From contig JAYZMM010000080.1 in the NCBI GenBank assembly GCA_036153155.1, positions 1 to 44,782 of the forward strand: a stretch of DNA of 44,782 bases, in the 5' to 3' direction. A model generated the notes under the pieces. The model worked only from the letters and a program-made list of their open reading frames with translations. It did not search any database and was not told where the DNA came from. Positions 19,286 through 28,446 of the stretch are shown here, one piece after another (positions within the stretch are counted from its first letter, which is position 1; every line of letters starts with the position of its first letter). This DNA is from Planctomycetota bacterium. GTDB taxonomy: Bacteria > Planctomycetota > Planctomycetia > Pirellulales > UBA7805. The translations under genes were made by a program, and so were the position numbers.

Positions 19286-19835
19286 CGATATTCTCCGCCT
19301 CAATTCAGCTTGTTTTCAATTTAAATTCGGGAGCAGGGTGTCCGGATCGAAGAGTTTTACGGCGCCGCCCAAAATCCAGTTACAAGACCGTCATCGGTCA
19401 CGCCACCACCGTTGATTTGATTGATGTGACGCAGCGGTTGCACGTGCACAATTGTCAAAGCAGGAACCGTAGAGAATAGCACAATTCATACGTCTTTAGC
19501 AGGGAGAGCCGATGGGACGGGGGGTGCTCAAAGGCATCCAGCATGCAAAGTATCGGGTGTTATCCTAGCTGCCTCGCGCGCCGCCCTCGCCGCCATTGTG
19601 ATCTGAGATCTGATGCGGAAGTATGAAAAATTTCAACACCGCGGTAGAATCGTGTTCTGCACGTAGATTCAACTTGAACAACAAGCGGATCTTGCGGCAA
19701 TTGGCACCGAACCAATCCCGTTGGTGCGGCACGGGCTTCCGGTGGTTGCAATCGTTGGTGAGACCGGGAAAATAATATGTTCCGGGGTAGCTCCGCAGAA
19801 ATATAAACTTGGCAGATGAAAAGGAATTACGTTTG

Positions 19836-21263
19836 ATGCATTCACAATTGGTCGTACTCGGTGGTGGTCCCGGTGGTTACGCCGCTGCCTTCATGGCAGC
19901 GGATCTTGGCTTTGAAGTCACCATAGTGGACCGGGAAGGAAAACGGGGTGGCGTCTGTCTGTTGCGAGGATGTATCCCTTCCAAGGCCTTGCTTCACGTC
20001 GCTAAGGTGATTAGCGAAAGTCGCGAAATGACCGAGTGGGGTGTATCCATGGGGGCGGCTGAGATTGATGTTGAAAAAATGCGGGCCCGCAAAGAAAAAG
20101 TCATCCAGACACTGACTGGTGGCCTGGCACAATTGGCAAAAAAACGGAAAGTGCGCGTCATACAGGCAGAGGGAGTATTTGAAAATTCTGACTCGCTACG
20201 TCTCAGTGGTGGTGACCCTGAGACTTATAAAGAAGGTGATTTACTCTCGTTCGATCGCGTCATCTTGGCAACCGGTTCTTCCCCCGCAATGCCGTCTGTC
20301 TTTCGAATCGACAATCCTCGGGTCATGGATTCAACTGCCGCCTTGGCGTTGACCGATATCCCTGAAAAATTATTGGTCGTCGGCGGTGGTTACATCGGCC
20401 TGGAACTGGGCACTGTCTATGCCGAACTCGGTACGAAGGTGTCGGTCGTTGAATTGACCGACCAATTGTTGATGGGTGCTGACCGAGATCTCGTAAAACC
20501 GCTGCAGAAACGTCTAGAAAATTCGTTTGAAAATATTCATCTTCGCACTGAGGTGACCGCCCTGATCGACCTTGGAGATCAGATTGAAGTCGTGATGGCG
20601 GGTGAGTTGGCAGCGACGGAAAAATTTGATCGCGTCTTGGTATCGGTTGGCCGAAGACCAAACAGCAATAACCTGGGATTAGAAAACACTGGCGTACAAA
20701 TCGATGCGCGAGGTTTTGTGCTTACTGATCTTCGGCAACAAACTGCGGATCCGAAAATTATGGCGATCGGTGACGTTGCAGGAGAACCAATGCTAGCCCA
20801 CAAGGCGGCCCATCAAGGAAAGATCGCTGTTGAAGCGATGGCCGGTGAACCGGCCGAATTCGATAAATTGGCCAGTCCAGCCGTTGTGTTCACGGACCCG
20901 GAGATTGCGTGGGCCGGATTGACTGAAGAGCAGGCAAAGCAAGAGGGAATCACTTACGAAGTTGCTCAGTATCCATGGGCAGCAAGCGGAAGAGCACAAG
21001 CGGTCGGGGCGACCTCGGGCATGACTAAACTCTTATTCGAACCAGAATCTGAGCGATTGCTCGGTGTCGGTTTGGTTGGCAGTGGCGCCGGTGAGTTGAT
21101 TGCCGAAGGTGTCGTGGCGATCGAAATGGGAGTGACCGCTCGCGATTTGGCCGAGTCGATTCACCCTCACCCCACACTCAGTGAAACCTTGGCCTTCGCT
21201 GCCGAGGTTCACCTAGGATTGGCAACCGAAGTCTATCGACCCAAGAGAAAACCTGTCGGTTAA
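19836..21263 (+). CDS. lpdA: Dihydrolipoyl dehydrogenase (E3 component)
   Basis: The FAD motif is VVLGGGPGGYAAAF, the redox disulfide is GGVCLLRGCIPSK, the NAD motif is VVGGGYIGLELG and the C-terminal dyad is HPHPTLSE. ATG 19836 gives the usual N-terminus, and the ORF opens at TTG 19809. Confidence 0.93.
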   Translation: MHSQLVVLGGGPGGYAAAFMAADLGFEVTIVDREGKRGGVCLLRGCIPSKALLHVAKVISESREMTEWGVSMGAAEIDVEKMRARKEKVIQTLTGGLAQLAKKRKVRVIQAEGVFENSDSLRLSGGDPETYKEGDLLSFDRVILATGSSPAMPSVFRIDNPRVMDSTAALALTDIPEKLLVVGGGYIGLELGTVYAELGTKVSVVELTDQLLMGADRDLVKPLQKRLENSFENIHLRTEVTALIDLGDQIEVVMAGELAATEKFDRVLVSVGRRPNSNNLGLENTGVQIDARGFVLTDLRQQTADPKIMAIGDVAGEPMLAHKAAHQGKIAVEAMAGEPAEFDKLASPAVVFTDPEIAWAGLTEEQAKQEGITYEVAQYPWAASGRAQAVGATSGMTKLLFEPESERLLGVGLVGSGAGELIAEGVVAIEMGVTARDLAESIHPHPTLSETLAFAAEVHLGLATEVYRPKRKPVG

Positions 21264-21589
21264 AGGGATTCGACGGGCGTGAAACCCTTCTGGAGGGGGC
21301 GAAAACTGCCTCCAGATGCGGCAAACCTCTCTTTACGTTTAGCCGTAACTTGGGGAAAATAAGATAGCTAACGGTTTTTTGCTTGGCGAGATTAGGCCCC
21401 ACTTCAACGTAAGATGGGAAGCACGTTTTGGCTCGCCTGAGAGACAGATGATGTGGATAGCTGAAGCCGTTTGGCATGGGAAACCAAGGTGCGGGTTGGC
21501 TTATCCGAGAACCCTGCAATCCACCGGTAAAGACAACCGGTAAAGATGACTCCTTGTTTGCGGCATCATGACACCCGGGATTTAGAGCA

Positions 21590-24280
21590 ATGGCCACGGA
21601 TGTGAAAACTTCGAATAGCGGACAAGACGTTGATCCTTCGGAAACGGCCGAATGGCTCGAATCACTGCGATACGTGCTTGAGCAGAAAGGTCCGGAACGG
21701 GTCCGCTATTTGCTCAGTAAGCTTGAAGACCAGGCTCATCGGGAAGGGGTCGACTTACCGTTTACGGCCAACACGCCATACGTGAATTCGATTCCGATCG
21801 ACAAGCAGCCCGTCTATCCGGGGAACCGCGAAATCGAGCGCCGCATCAAGAGCATCATTCGTTGGAACGCAATGGCAATGGTCACGCGTGCCAACCAGGT
21901 ATCGCCCGGGATCGGTGGACATATTTCGACGTTCGCATCGAGTGCCACACTCTATGAGGTTGCCTTAAATCATTTCTTAAGAGGTGATTATGGCGATTTT
22001 CGTGGCGACCGGGTCTACTTTCAAGGGCACGCCTCTCCGGGCATTTACGCGAGGGCTTTTCTTGAAGGTAGGCTGACGGAGGAAAATCTCGTTAATTTTC
22101 GTCGCGAACTCCGCGATGTGCCCGGACTGTCCTCATATCCTCATCCATGGTTGATGCCCGACTTCTGGGAGTACCCGACCGTGTCGATGGGCCTTGCGCC
22201 GATCATGGCGATTTATCAGGAACGATTCAATCAATACCTACGCGATCGAGGGATCAAGGATACGACGGAAAATCGTGTCTGGGCGTTCCTGGGGGATGGT
22301 GAATGTGATGAACCGGAGACGCTCGGTGCGATTGGGCTTGCAGCGCGAGAGAAGCTCGACAATCTCACTTTCGTGATTAACTGCAACCTGCAACGACTTG
22401 ATGGCCCGGTGCGCGGCAATGGCAAGATTATTCAAGAACTCGAGGCGGTTTTTCGGGGCGCGGGTTGGAACGTTATCAAAGTTTTGTGGGGAGATGACTG
22501 GGATCTGCTTTTTGAAAAAGATCACCAGGGCCTACTGGCAAAGCGGATGATGGAAGTTGTGGACGGAGAATATCAGAAATATAAAGTTGCCGGCGGCGCG
22601 TATATTCGAGAACACTTTTTCGGCAAGTATCCTGAATTGCTCGAAATGGTCAAGAATTATTCGGACGAGCGTCTGGTCAAACTTCGACGCGGCGGACACG
22701 ATCCAGAAAAAGTATATGCAGCTTACAAGGCGGCAGTCGAGTTTCGCGGAAAGCCGACCGTTATCCTGGCAAAAACGATCAAAGGCTACGGCTTAGGCGA
22801 GGCGGGGGAAGGTCGTAACATTTCGCACAATCAGAAAAAACTTAACGAAGAAGAATTGCGAGAGTTCCGGAGTCGCTTCGGTATCCCGATATCGGACGAT
22901 GAAGTTTCCAGCGCGCCTTTTTATAAACCGGCCGAGGATAGCCCGGAATTACAATATCTGCGCGAGCGGCGCGAGGCTTTGGGTGGATCCCTGCCCGCCC
23001 GAAGCCAGAAGCGGATGAAGCTGGAAACGCCAACTCTGGCAGGCTACGAAGAATTCCTGGGGGGCAGCAAAGGGAAGCCGATGTCAACCACCATGGCATT
23101 TGTTCGGCTTCTGAGCAAACTGCTTCGAGAGGAACATGTCGGTAAGCGCATTGTTCCAATTGTTCCCGACGAGTCGCGGACCTTTGGAATGGAAGGACTC
23201 TTTCGGCAATGTGGTATCTACGCCCATACGGGGCAACTTTACGAGCCGGTCGATTCCGAGCAACTCCTTTATTACAAAGAGGCAAAGGACGGACAAATCC
23301 TCGAGGAGGGAATCACTGAAGCGGGCAGCATGGCTTCCTTCATTGCGGCGGGAACCTCCTATTCCGCACTTGGTGAGCCGATGATCCCTTTCTTCATCTA
23401 TTATTCGATGTTCGGGTTCCAGCGGATTGGTGATCTCATCTGGTGTGCTGCGGACGCGCGAGCTCGCGGCTTTATGATCGGCGGAACGGCGGGTCGAACA
23501 ACGCTTAATGGAGAAGGTCTTCAGCACCAGGATGGACACAGCTTGCTCAATGCAATCGCATTTCCGACGGTACGCTCCTACGACCCCGCATACGCATATG
23601 AGATTGCAGTCATTGTGATGGATGGCATGAAGAGGATGTATCAAGATAACGAAGATGTGATCTACTATGTCACGTGTGAGAACGACAACTACGTCATGCC
23701 TGCGATGGAAGATCCCGATCGGGTCACCGAGGGAATCATCCGGGGAATGTATAAACTTAAAACAGAAGAAGTAGATAGTGCCGAGCATCATGTCCAGTTA
23801 CTTGGTAGCGGTGCGATTCTCAACAGCAGTTTAGCTGCACAGCAATTGCTGGCAGAGAATTACGGAATTTCTAGCACTGTCTGGAGCGTTACTAGTTACA
23901 CAGAACTCGCGCGTGAAGCCCAAGCGACCGAGCGTTTCAATCGACTCCATCCCACCAAAAAGGCGAAAACTTCTTATCTAGAAGACCTGGTTTCAGGTCT
24001 GGAGGGTCCGTTTATCTCGTCCTCCGACTACGTACGTGCTGTGAGCGAGCAAATCAGCCCCTGGATTCCTGGTGGACTCTACGCCTTGGGAACCGACGGT
24101 ATGGGCAGAAGCGAGACGCGAGAGTCGCTGCGGAGACATTTTGAGGTGGATGCCGAAAGCATTGTCATTGCGACTCTATATAAATTATCGCTTCAGGGCA
24201 AAATACCTCGTAAAACCGTGGATGATGCGATCAAAAGCTTTGCTTACGACCGCGACAAGATTGATCCATATTTTGCCTGA
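21590..24280 (+). CDS. aceE: Pyruvate dehydrogenase E1 component, homodimeric type
   Basis: At 896 aa this matches AceE length. Motifs include ETAEWLESL, GGHISTFAS, the TPP-binding GDGECDEPE...NCNLQRLDG, and the C-terminal GTDGMGRSETRE. Confidence 0.95.
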   Translation: MATDVKTSNSGQDVDPSETAEWLESLRYVLEQKGPERVRYLLSKLEDQAHREGVDLPFTANTPYVNSIPIDKQPVYPGNREIERRIKSIIRWNAMAMVTRANQVSPGIGGHISTFASSATLYEVALNHFLRGDYGDFRGDRVYFQGHASPGIYARAFLEGRLTEENLVNFRRELRDVPGLSSYPHPWLMPDFWEYPTVSMGLAPIMAIYQERFNQYLRDRGIKDTTENRVWAFLGDGECDEPETLGAIGLAAREKLDNLTFVINCNLQRLDGPVRGNGKIIQELEAVFRGAGWNVIKVLWGDDWDLLFEKDHQGLLAKRMMEVVDGEYQKYKVAGGAYIREHFFGKYPELLEMVKNYSDERLVKLRRGGHDPEKVYAAYKAAVEFRGKPTVILAKTIKGYGLGEAGEGRNISHNQKKLNEEELREFRSRFGIPISDDEVSSAPFYKPAEDSPELQYLRERREALGGSLPARSQKRMKLETPTLAGYEEFLGGSKGKPMSTTMAFVRLLSKLLREEHVGKRIVPIVPDESRTFGMEGLFRQCGIYAHTGQLYEPVDSEQLLYYKEAKDGQILEEGITEAGSMASFIAAGTSYSALGEPMIPFFIYYSMFGFQRIGDLIWCAADARARGFMIGGTAGRTTLNGEGLQHQDGHSLLNAIAFPTVRSYDPAYAYEIAVIVMDGMKRMYQDNEDVIYYVTCENDNYVMPAMEDPDRVTEGIIRGMYKLKTEEVDSAEHHVQLLGSGAILNSSLAAQQLLAENYGISSTVWSVTSYTELAREAQATERFNRLHPTKKAKTSYLEDLVSGLEGPFISSSDYVRAVSEQISPWIPGGLYALGTDGMGRSETRESLRRHFEVDAESIVIATLYKLSLQGKIPRKTVDDAIKSFAYDRDKIDPYFA

Positions 24281-24350
24281 TCGATGCGGATTATACTGGA
24301 AATCAAACAGACACCATTTCAATCACATCAAAATCTATAATGATTAACCT

Positions 24351-25814
24351 CTGTCTATTGAAGTAAAAGTTCATGATCTTGGCGACGGCATCGATTCCGG
24401 AGACGTGCTTAATGTGCTGGTAGCCGTCGGTGATGTCGTCACGGCAGAGCAGGATATTGTCGAACTGGAAACGGAAAAGGCCGTCGCACCGGTGCCATCA
24501 ACTCAGGCTGGGCGGGTGGCGGCGGTGCATGTGCAAGTCGGAGAAACTGTGGCGATCGGTGCCTCGCTTATCACGCTTGACCCCGAGGCAGGGAGTTCGC
24601 CAACTCAAGCACCCGAAGTCGAGCAAGCGATCCGGAGCGATGCTGATGCCGAGCAGACTGAAACTGCGACTGCGACGGATCAGGCACCTGCCCCAGCAGT
24701 CACACCCGAACCGGTGTCACCGCCGACAGAGACCATAGTTGCAACTGAGGAAGCCTCGGCAGTCACCCCGGTCGCCAAGGAACCCGCGCCGCCTATCGCA
24801 CCGGCAATGCCGATGGCTCCGACACCTGCAGCCGAGGCAATTCAAACGGCCGCGACGACATTGTCCGGCAATGAGGATGCCCAGCACCATTCGGCGGCGA
24901 GTCCGGCAATTCGTCGTTATGCGCGGGAACTCGGGGTCGACCTGGCGGTCATCCGAGGCACAGGACCCGATGGCCGTATCACGCAGGAAGATATTCGAGG
25001 CGCTGTCCGAACAACGACTGTTTCGACACATGCCGCGCCCTCCAGTACAAGCTCCGGGGCGCATCCTGCCACTGTCGCCGGACCGGAAGGTGAGGCGAGC
25101 GAAGACGCCTATGGACCCACTCTCCGAAGCGGGATTCCAAAAATTCGTGCGACCATCGGTAAAAACATGGTTCACTCCAAGGCAACCGCACCGCATGTCA
25201 CCAACTTCGACGATGCAGACATCACAGAACTGGAGCAGATCCGTCAGTCTAGCAAAAAGGATTATGCGGCTGCCGGAATTAAGTTGACCACGATGCCATT
25301 TGTTGTCCGCAGTGTTGCCCAAGCACTTCGCCATCACCCGGCAATCAATGCCTCACTCGACATGGACGTTAACGAGATTATTTACAAACAGTATGTCAAT
25401 GTAGGGGTCGCGGTTGATACCGAACGTGGACTCGTCGTGCCGGTAATCCGTGGTGCAGATGCCCTGGGTATTCCGCAGTTGTCACGGGAAATCACACACT
25501 TCGCTGAAAAAGCGAGGGACGGCAAACTGAGTATGGACGACATGCGTGGAGGCACGTTCACAATCAGTAATTTGGGTGCGATCGGCGGTACCTATTCGAC
25601 CCCTGTGATTAATGTTCCAGAGGTTGCAATTCTCTTGATCGGACGATCACGTGAAATGCCAGTCGTCAAAGATGGGGAAGTTAAGATTCGTTTAATGATG
25701 CCGCTCAGCCTCTCCTACGACCATCGATTGGTCGATGGGGCAGCTGCAGCGCGGTTTCTCAATGATGTGAAGGGATATTTAGAAACGCCGAGTCGCCTAC
25801 TCATCGCTCCGTAA
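24351..25814 (+). CDS. aceF: Dihydrolipoamide acetyltransferase (E2) with one lipoyl domain, Ala/Pro linker, E3-binding domain and catalytic domain
   Basis: The lipoyl-Lys motif is ELETEKA, the PSBD is SPAIRRYARELGVDLAVIRGTGPDGRITQEDI and the catalytic motif is SYDHRLVDG. The lipoyl fold needs the residues SIEVKVHDLGDGIDSGD, which are encoded upstream of the first canonical start (GTG 24405). The frame is bounded by TAA 24345-24347, so the start must be CTG 24351 or ATT 24357. Confidence 0.85.
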   Translation: MSIEVKVHDLGDGIDSGDVLNVLVAVGDVVTAEQDIVELETEKAVAPVPSTQAGRVAAVHVQVGETVAIGASLITLDPEAGSSPTQAPEVEQAIRSDADAEQTETATATDQAPAPAVTPEPVSPPTETIVATEEASAVTPVAKEPAPPIAPAMPMAPTPAAEAIQTAATTLSGNEDAQHHSAASPAIRRYARELGVDLAVIRGTGPDGRITQEDIRGAVRTTTVSTHAAPSSTSSGAHPATVAGPEGEASEDAYGPTLRSGIPKIRATIGKNMVHSKATAPHVTNFDDADITELEQIRQSSKKDYAAAGIKLTTMPFVVRSVAQALRHHPAINASLDMDVNEIIYKQYVNVGVAVDTERGLVVPVIRGADALGIPQLSREITHFAEKARDGKLSMDDMRGGTFTISNLGAIGGTYSTPVINVPEVAILLIGRSREMPVVKDGEVKIRLMMPLSLSYDHRLVDGAAAARFLNDVKGYLETPSRLLIAP

Positions 25815-25917
25815 AGAGGAAGTGCGACGATTAAACAGGAAGCGTTAACAATCAACCAATTTCTCAGTGTGCGGTCCTGAATCGGCCCCTTTCCGGTGAG
25901 AAAAAAGTTGTGACAGT

Positions 25918-27276
25918 TTGAAAAAATCTATGCATCGCACCATTTTTTATTTGCTCCTCATCAGCCTTCTGGCAACAAGTGGTTGCGATACCCCACCTGC
26001 CACATCAGAAGACGCAGTGGCCGTCCAGGTTGCCCAAGTCGACAAGGAGTCGAATCCCCAACTGAAGGCGAAGGTGCCATCTCCTGCAGGCATTGATTCG
26101 GAGGCCTTGTTGCCTGTCATCCAATGGGAGGATGCCCCGCATCATATGGGTGAAGAGGTATTTTTGGTGGGGCAGGTCGCGAATACAGGAAAGAGTAGCG
26201 GCGGGCATCGGTTCTTAAATTTCGGCAGGCAGCGATCTGACCTGACTGGTTTCATCGATCGTCATATTGTCGAGCAATTTCCTAAGCCTCCCGAAACGCT
26301 CTACAAGGGAAAGAAAATCAAGGTTCGGGGGATGCTCTATAAATATCGCGGTAACCCCAATATTCGGATCCTAGGTCCCGAGTTTATCGAAGTGCTTGGT
26401 GATGAGGCGGCACTTTCTGAAATGGTAACCGCAGGGGCACCGGTTGATCGAACCCTGGGTGATACGCTTACTGTCGCATCGTTAAATGTGTTGAATTTGT
26501 TTGACGACCAGGATGATCCTTACCACGGTGATGAAAAAACGGGAACCAAATTACGTAAAGATTTGATTTTACTTGCGGAAAGTATTCGCCAAGTTGATGC
26601 AGACATCCTTGTACTCCAGGAGGTTGAAAACCGAGGATACTTGGAATTGTTCAACCGGGCATTGCTAGCGGATCTTGGTTATCAGCATGTCGTATTAACC
26701 GAGGGCAACGATCGACGCGGGATCGATGTCGCAATCTTATCTCGCCTACCGGTCGGCCCGGTCATCAGTTACCGCCATTTGCGTTTTCCTGATACCAATG
26801 GCAAAGAGATGTCTTTCAGCCGAGATCTTTTGCATGCTCATATTTTTCCTGGAAAGGGTCCCCCGCTGCACGTCTTGGCCGTGCATTTCAAGAGTCAGTA
26901 TGGTGGAAAGAAGGCGGATGCCATTCGAACCGGAGAAGCTCGAGCAGTTAGAGGTGTGCTCGATGATATCTTGAAATCTGATCCTCAGGCACACGTATTA
27001 CTATGCGGCGATTTTAATGACACGATCGACAGCGTGCCATTACAAACGATTCTCGGTAGTGGAAAAAAGGAAATGACTTCTTTCTTTTCTGATGTGCCGG
27101 AGAAAGAACGGGTCACTTACAACAAGGAACCGTATCGCTCGATGATCGATTTCATTTTCGCATCGCCAGCAATGGCCAAATTGTATGAAAAAGGGTCTTA
27201 TGAAATTCTGCCTGGTGGCCCGTCACAGACCGGTTCGGACCATAATGCGGTGATCGCCCGATTCCGACTGCAGTAG
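25918..27276 (+). CDS. Lipoprotein of the endonuclease/exonuclease/phosphatase (EEP) family, probable secreted nuclease/phosphatase
   Basis: The signal peptide carries the lipobox LLATSGC. EEP motifs are VASLNVLNLFD, ILVLQEVEN, GDFND and SDHNAVIARF. The start is TTG 25918 or ATG 25930. Confidence 0.8.
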   Translation: MKKSMHRTIFYLLLISLLATSGCDTPPATSEDAVAVQVAQVDKESNPQLKAKVPSPAGIDSEALLPVIQWEDAPHHMGEEVFLVGQVANTGKSSGGHRFLNFGRQRSDLTGFIDRHIVEQFPKPPETLYKGKKIKVRGMLYKYRGNPNIRILGPEFIEVLGDEAALSEMVTAGAPVDRTLGDTLTVASLNVLNLFDDQDDPYHGDEKTGTKLRKDLILLAESIRQVDADILVLQEVENRGYLELFNRALLADLGYQHVVLTEGNDRRGIDVAILSRLPVGPVISYRHLRFPDTNGKEMSFSRDLLHAHIFPGKGPPLHVLAVHFKSQYGGKKADAIRTGEARAVRGVLDDILKSDPQAHVLLCGDFNDTIDSVPLQTILGSGKKEMTSFFSDVPEKERVTYNKEPYRSMIDFIFASPAMAKLYEKGSYEILPGGPSQTGSDHNAVIARFRLQ

Positions 27277-27447
27277 ATAATTTCCTGATCTCATCACAGC
27301 CTGCCATGCGCGACAGGCCTGCTTAACCAGCCACAAGGCGTGTTTCGGCTTAAGCATATTCTATTCAGAGTTCATTGGTTATTTGCTTTTAACAAACAAG
27401 TAACCCAATGCACATCGTTCCTTAACGAGTGTCGACTAGCATATTGC

Positions 27448-27494
27448 GTTCAAGGATGAATGGTCCGGCGCATTATTTCCAGCAAGGATGCATT
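27448..27494 (+). promoter_or_regulatory. Two candidate CsrA-binding sites (CAAGGATG twice) in the csrA leader
   Basis: Identical 8-mers lie at 27451-27458 and 27483-27490. Each can place AGGA in the loop of a short hairpin (UUCA-AGGA-UGAA and GCA-AGGA-UGC). A third GGA lies in the SD-like CTGGAG at 27518-27523. Confidence 0.4.
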
Positions 27495-27530
27495 TCCTTG
27501 CCTACAACTAAACAATCCTGGAGTCAAATC

Positions 27531-27755
27531 ATGTTGGTTCTCAGTCGACGGGTCAGTGAGGAAATCGTCATCGACGACACGACGCGAATTGTTATCCTTG
27601 GTGTTCAAGGCAGCAGAATTCGCTTGGGTGTTTCTGCACCCCCACACATTTCAATCCAACGGAGTGAAGTGCGAGATCGCATTGCAACAGAACGCTCGTC
27701 GAGCGGCATGGATTATCTGGAAATCGATTACAGCAAACGATCGGCGGTGATCTGA
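27531..27755 (+). CDS. csrA: Carbon storage regulator CsrA (74 aa)
   Basis: MLVLSRRVSEEIVIDDTTRIVILGVQGSRIRLGVSAPPHISIQRSEV matches the CsrA fold motif by motif. ATG 27531 lies 8 nt after GGAG. The 108-aa ORF-track version (27429) adds non-homologous sequence. Confidence 0.92.
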   Translation: MLVLSRRVSEEIVIDDTTRIVILGVQGSRIRLGVSAPPHISIQRSEVRDRIATERSSSGMDYLEIDYSKRSAVI

Positions 27756-27834
27756 ACTATTAAGTCCACCCATATTTCTTCTGGCCACCCTGACGTGGCG
27801 GCAGCAAGAGCACACACATTGGCGAATCCGCCCC

Positions 27835-28431
27835 TCAGTCGGAATGCTTTGTCCGCAATCTTGGTGACGTTCTCAAGATAAGTTGGATCCGCTCAAACTC
27901 GTCAAGCCAATCTTGAACAACTTCCGCGTGTTGATTGTTTACACCCAGAATTCCCGTACTGCAGGCAGCCCCTTCGAGTGAGGCCGCCATCCGACGATAC
28001 TTCGCAAGGGTTCGATCTCCATAACGACCTACTTGTTGCATATCCTCACTAAAAAAGACGACTTGAGGCACCCGCGCGCCTCCACAGATTGTAAGTGTTT
28101 CCTTCAGTTCTGCATGGGCATCCCGATCCACATAACGTACATGAATCACCTCCGTCGCTGCTTCAAATACGCCGAAGATCGGACATTGTTCAGCGCAATC
28201 GCCACACCAAGCCCCGGCCAGGCACAGCACATGCATTTCACGAACAAAACTGCCGAGCAATCCTGCTTGCTCGGGACTAAGCTTTGTCTGTTCATAAACT
28301 TGTTGCCATCGGTCGCGGTCACCTTCCGAGGCATACTGATTCAAAAAATCGTTATATTTAAATCCGGATTCGTAATAGTCGGCTATATTCATAAGATGGC
28401 TTGATGCAACGATCGACCGGTTCGGATTCAT
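27835..28431 (-). CDS. Thioredoxin-fold protein (WCGDC active-site motif)
   Basis: It has the CxxC motif AGAWCGDCAEQCP and a cis-Pro-like RVPQVVFF segment. The start is 28431 or the internal ATG 28392 (MNIADYY). Confidence 0.7.
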   Translation of the reverse strand: MNPNRSIVASSHLMNIADYYESGFKYNDFLNQYASEGDRDRWQQVYEQTKLSPEQAGLLGSFVREMHVLCLAGAWCGDCAEQCPIFGVFEAATEVIHVRYVDRDAHAELKETLTICGGARVPQVVFFSEDMQQVGRYGDRTLAKYRRMAASLEGAACSTGILGVNNQHAEVVQDWLDEFERIQLILRTSPRLRTKHSD

Positions 28432-28446
28432 TATTTCCCAACCGGT

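Noticed and set aside
19521-19620. TPP riboswitch-like fragments (GGGGTGC at 19521 and CTGAGA at 19603) upstream of the PDH genes.
   Set aside because: The two conserved elements are ~80 nt apart instead of ~15 nt. The ACCTGATCTGGATAATGCCAGCG-type pyrimidine-sensor helix is absent. I conclude this is a chance match.
21265-21530. Possible tmRNA (ssrA) gene in the lpd-aceE spacer. GGGATTCGACGGGCGTGAAACCC resembles tmRNA positions ~12-37 of E. coli. A following hairpin could be PK1. The frame GCG GCA AAC CTC TCT TTA CGT TTA GCC GTA TAA would give an AANLSLRLAV tag-like peptide.
   Set aside because: No GGGG acceptor 5' strand precedes the motif, because it directly abuts the lpd stop codon. There is no GGTTCGA-type T-loop. 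No complementary 3' acceptor strand with ACCA exists anywhere in the spacer. The second pseudoknot stem cannot be formed, and the spacer is shorter than typical tmRNAs. Only a covariance-model hit would revive the idea.
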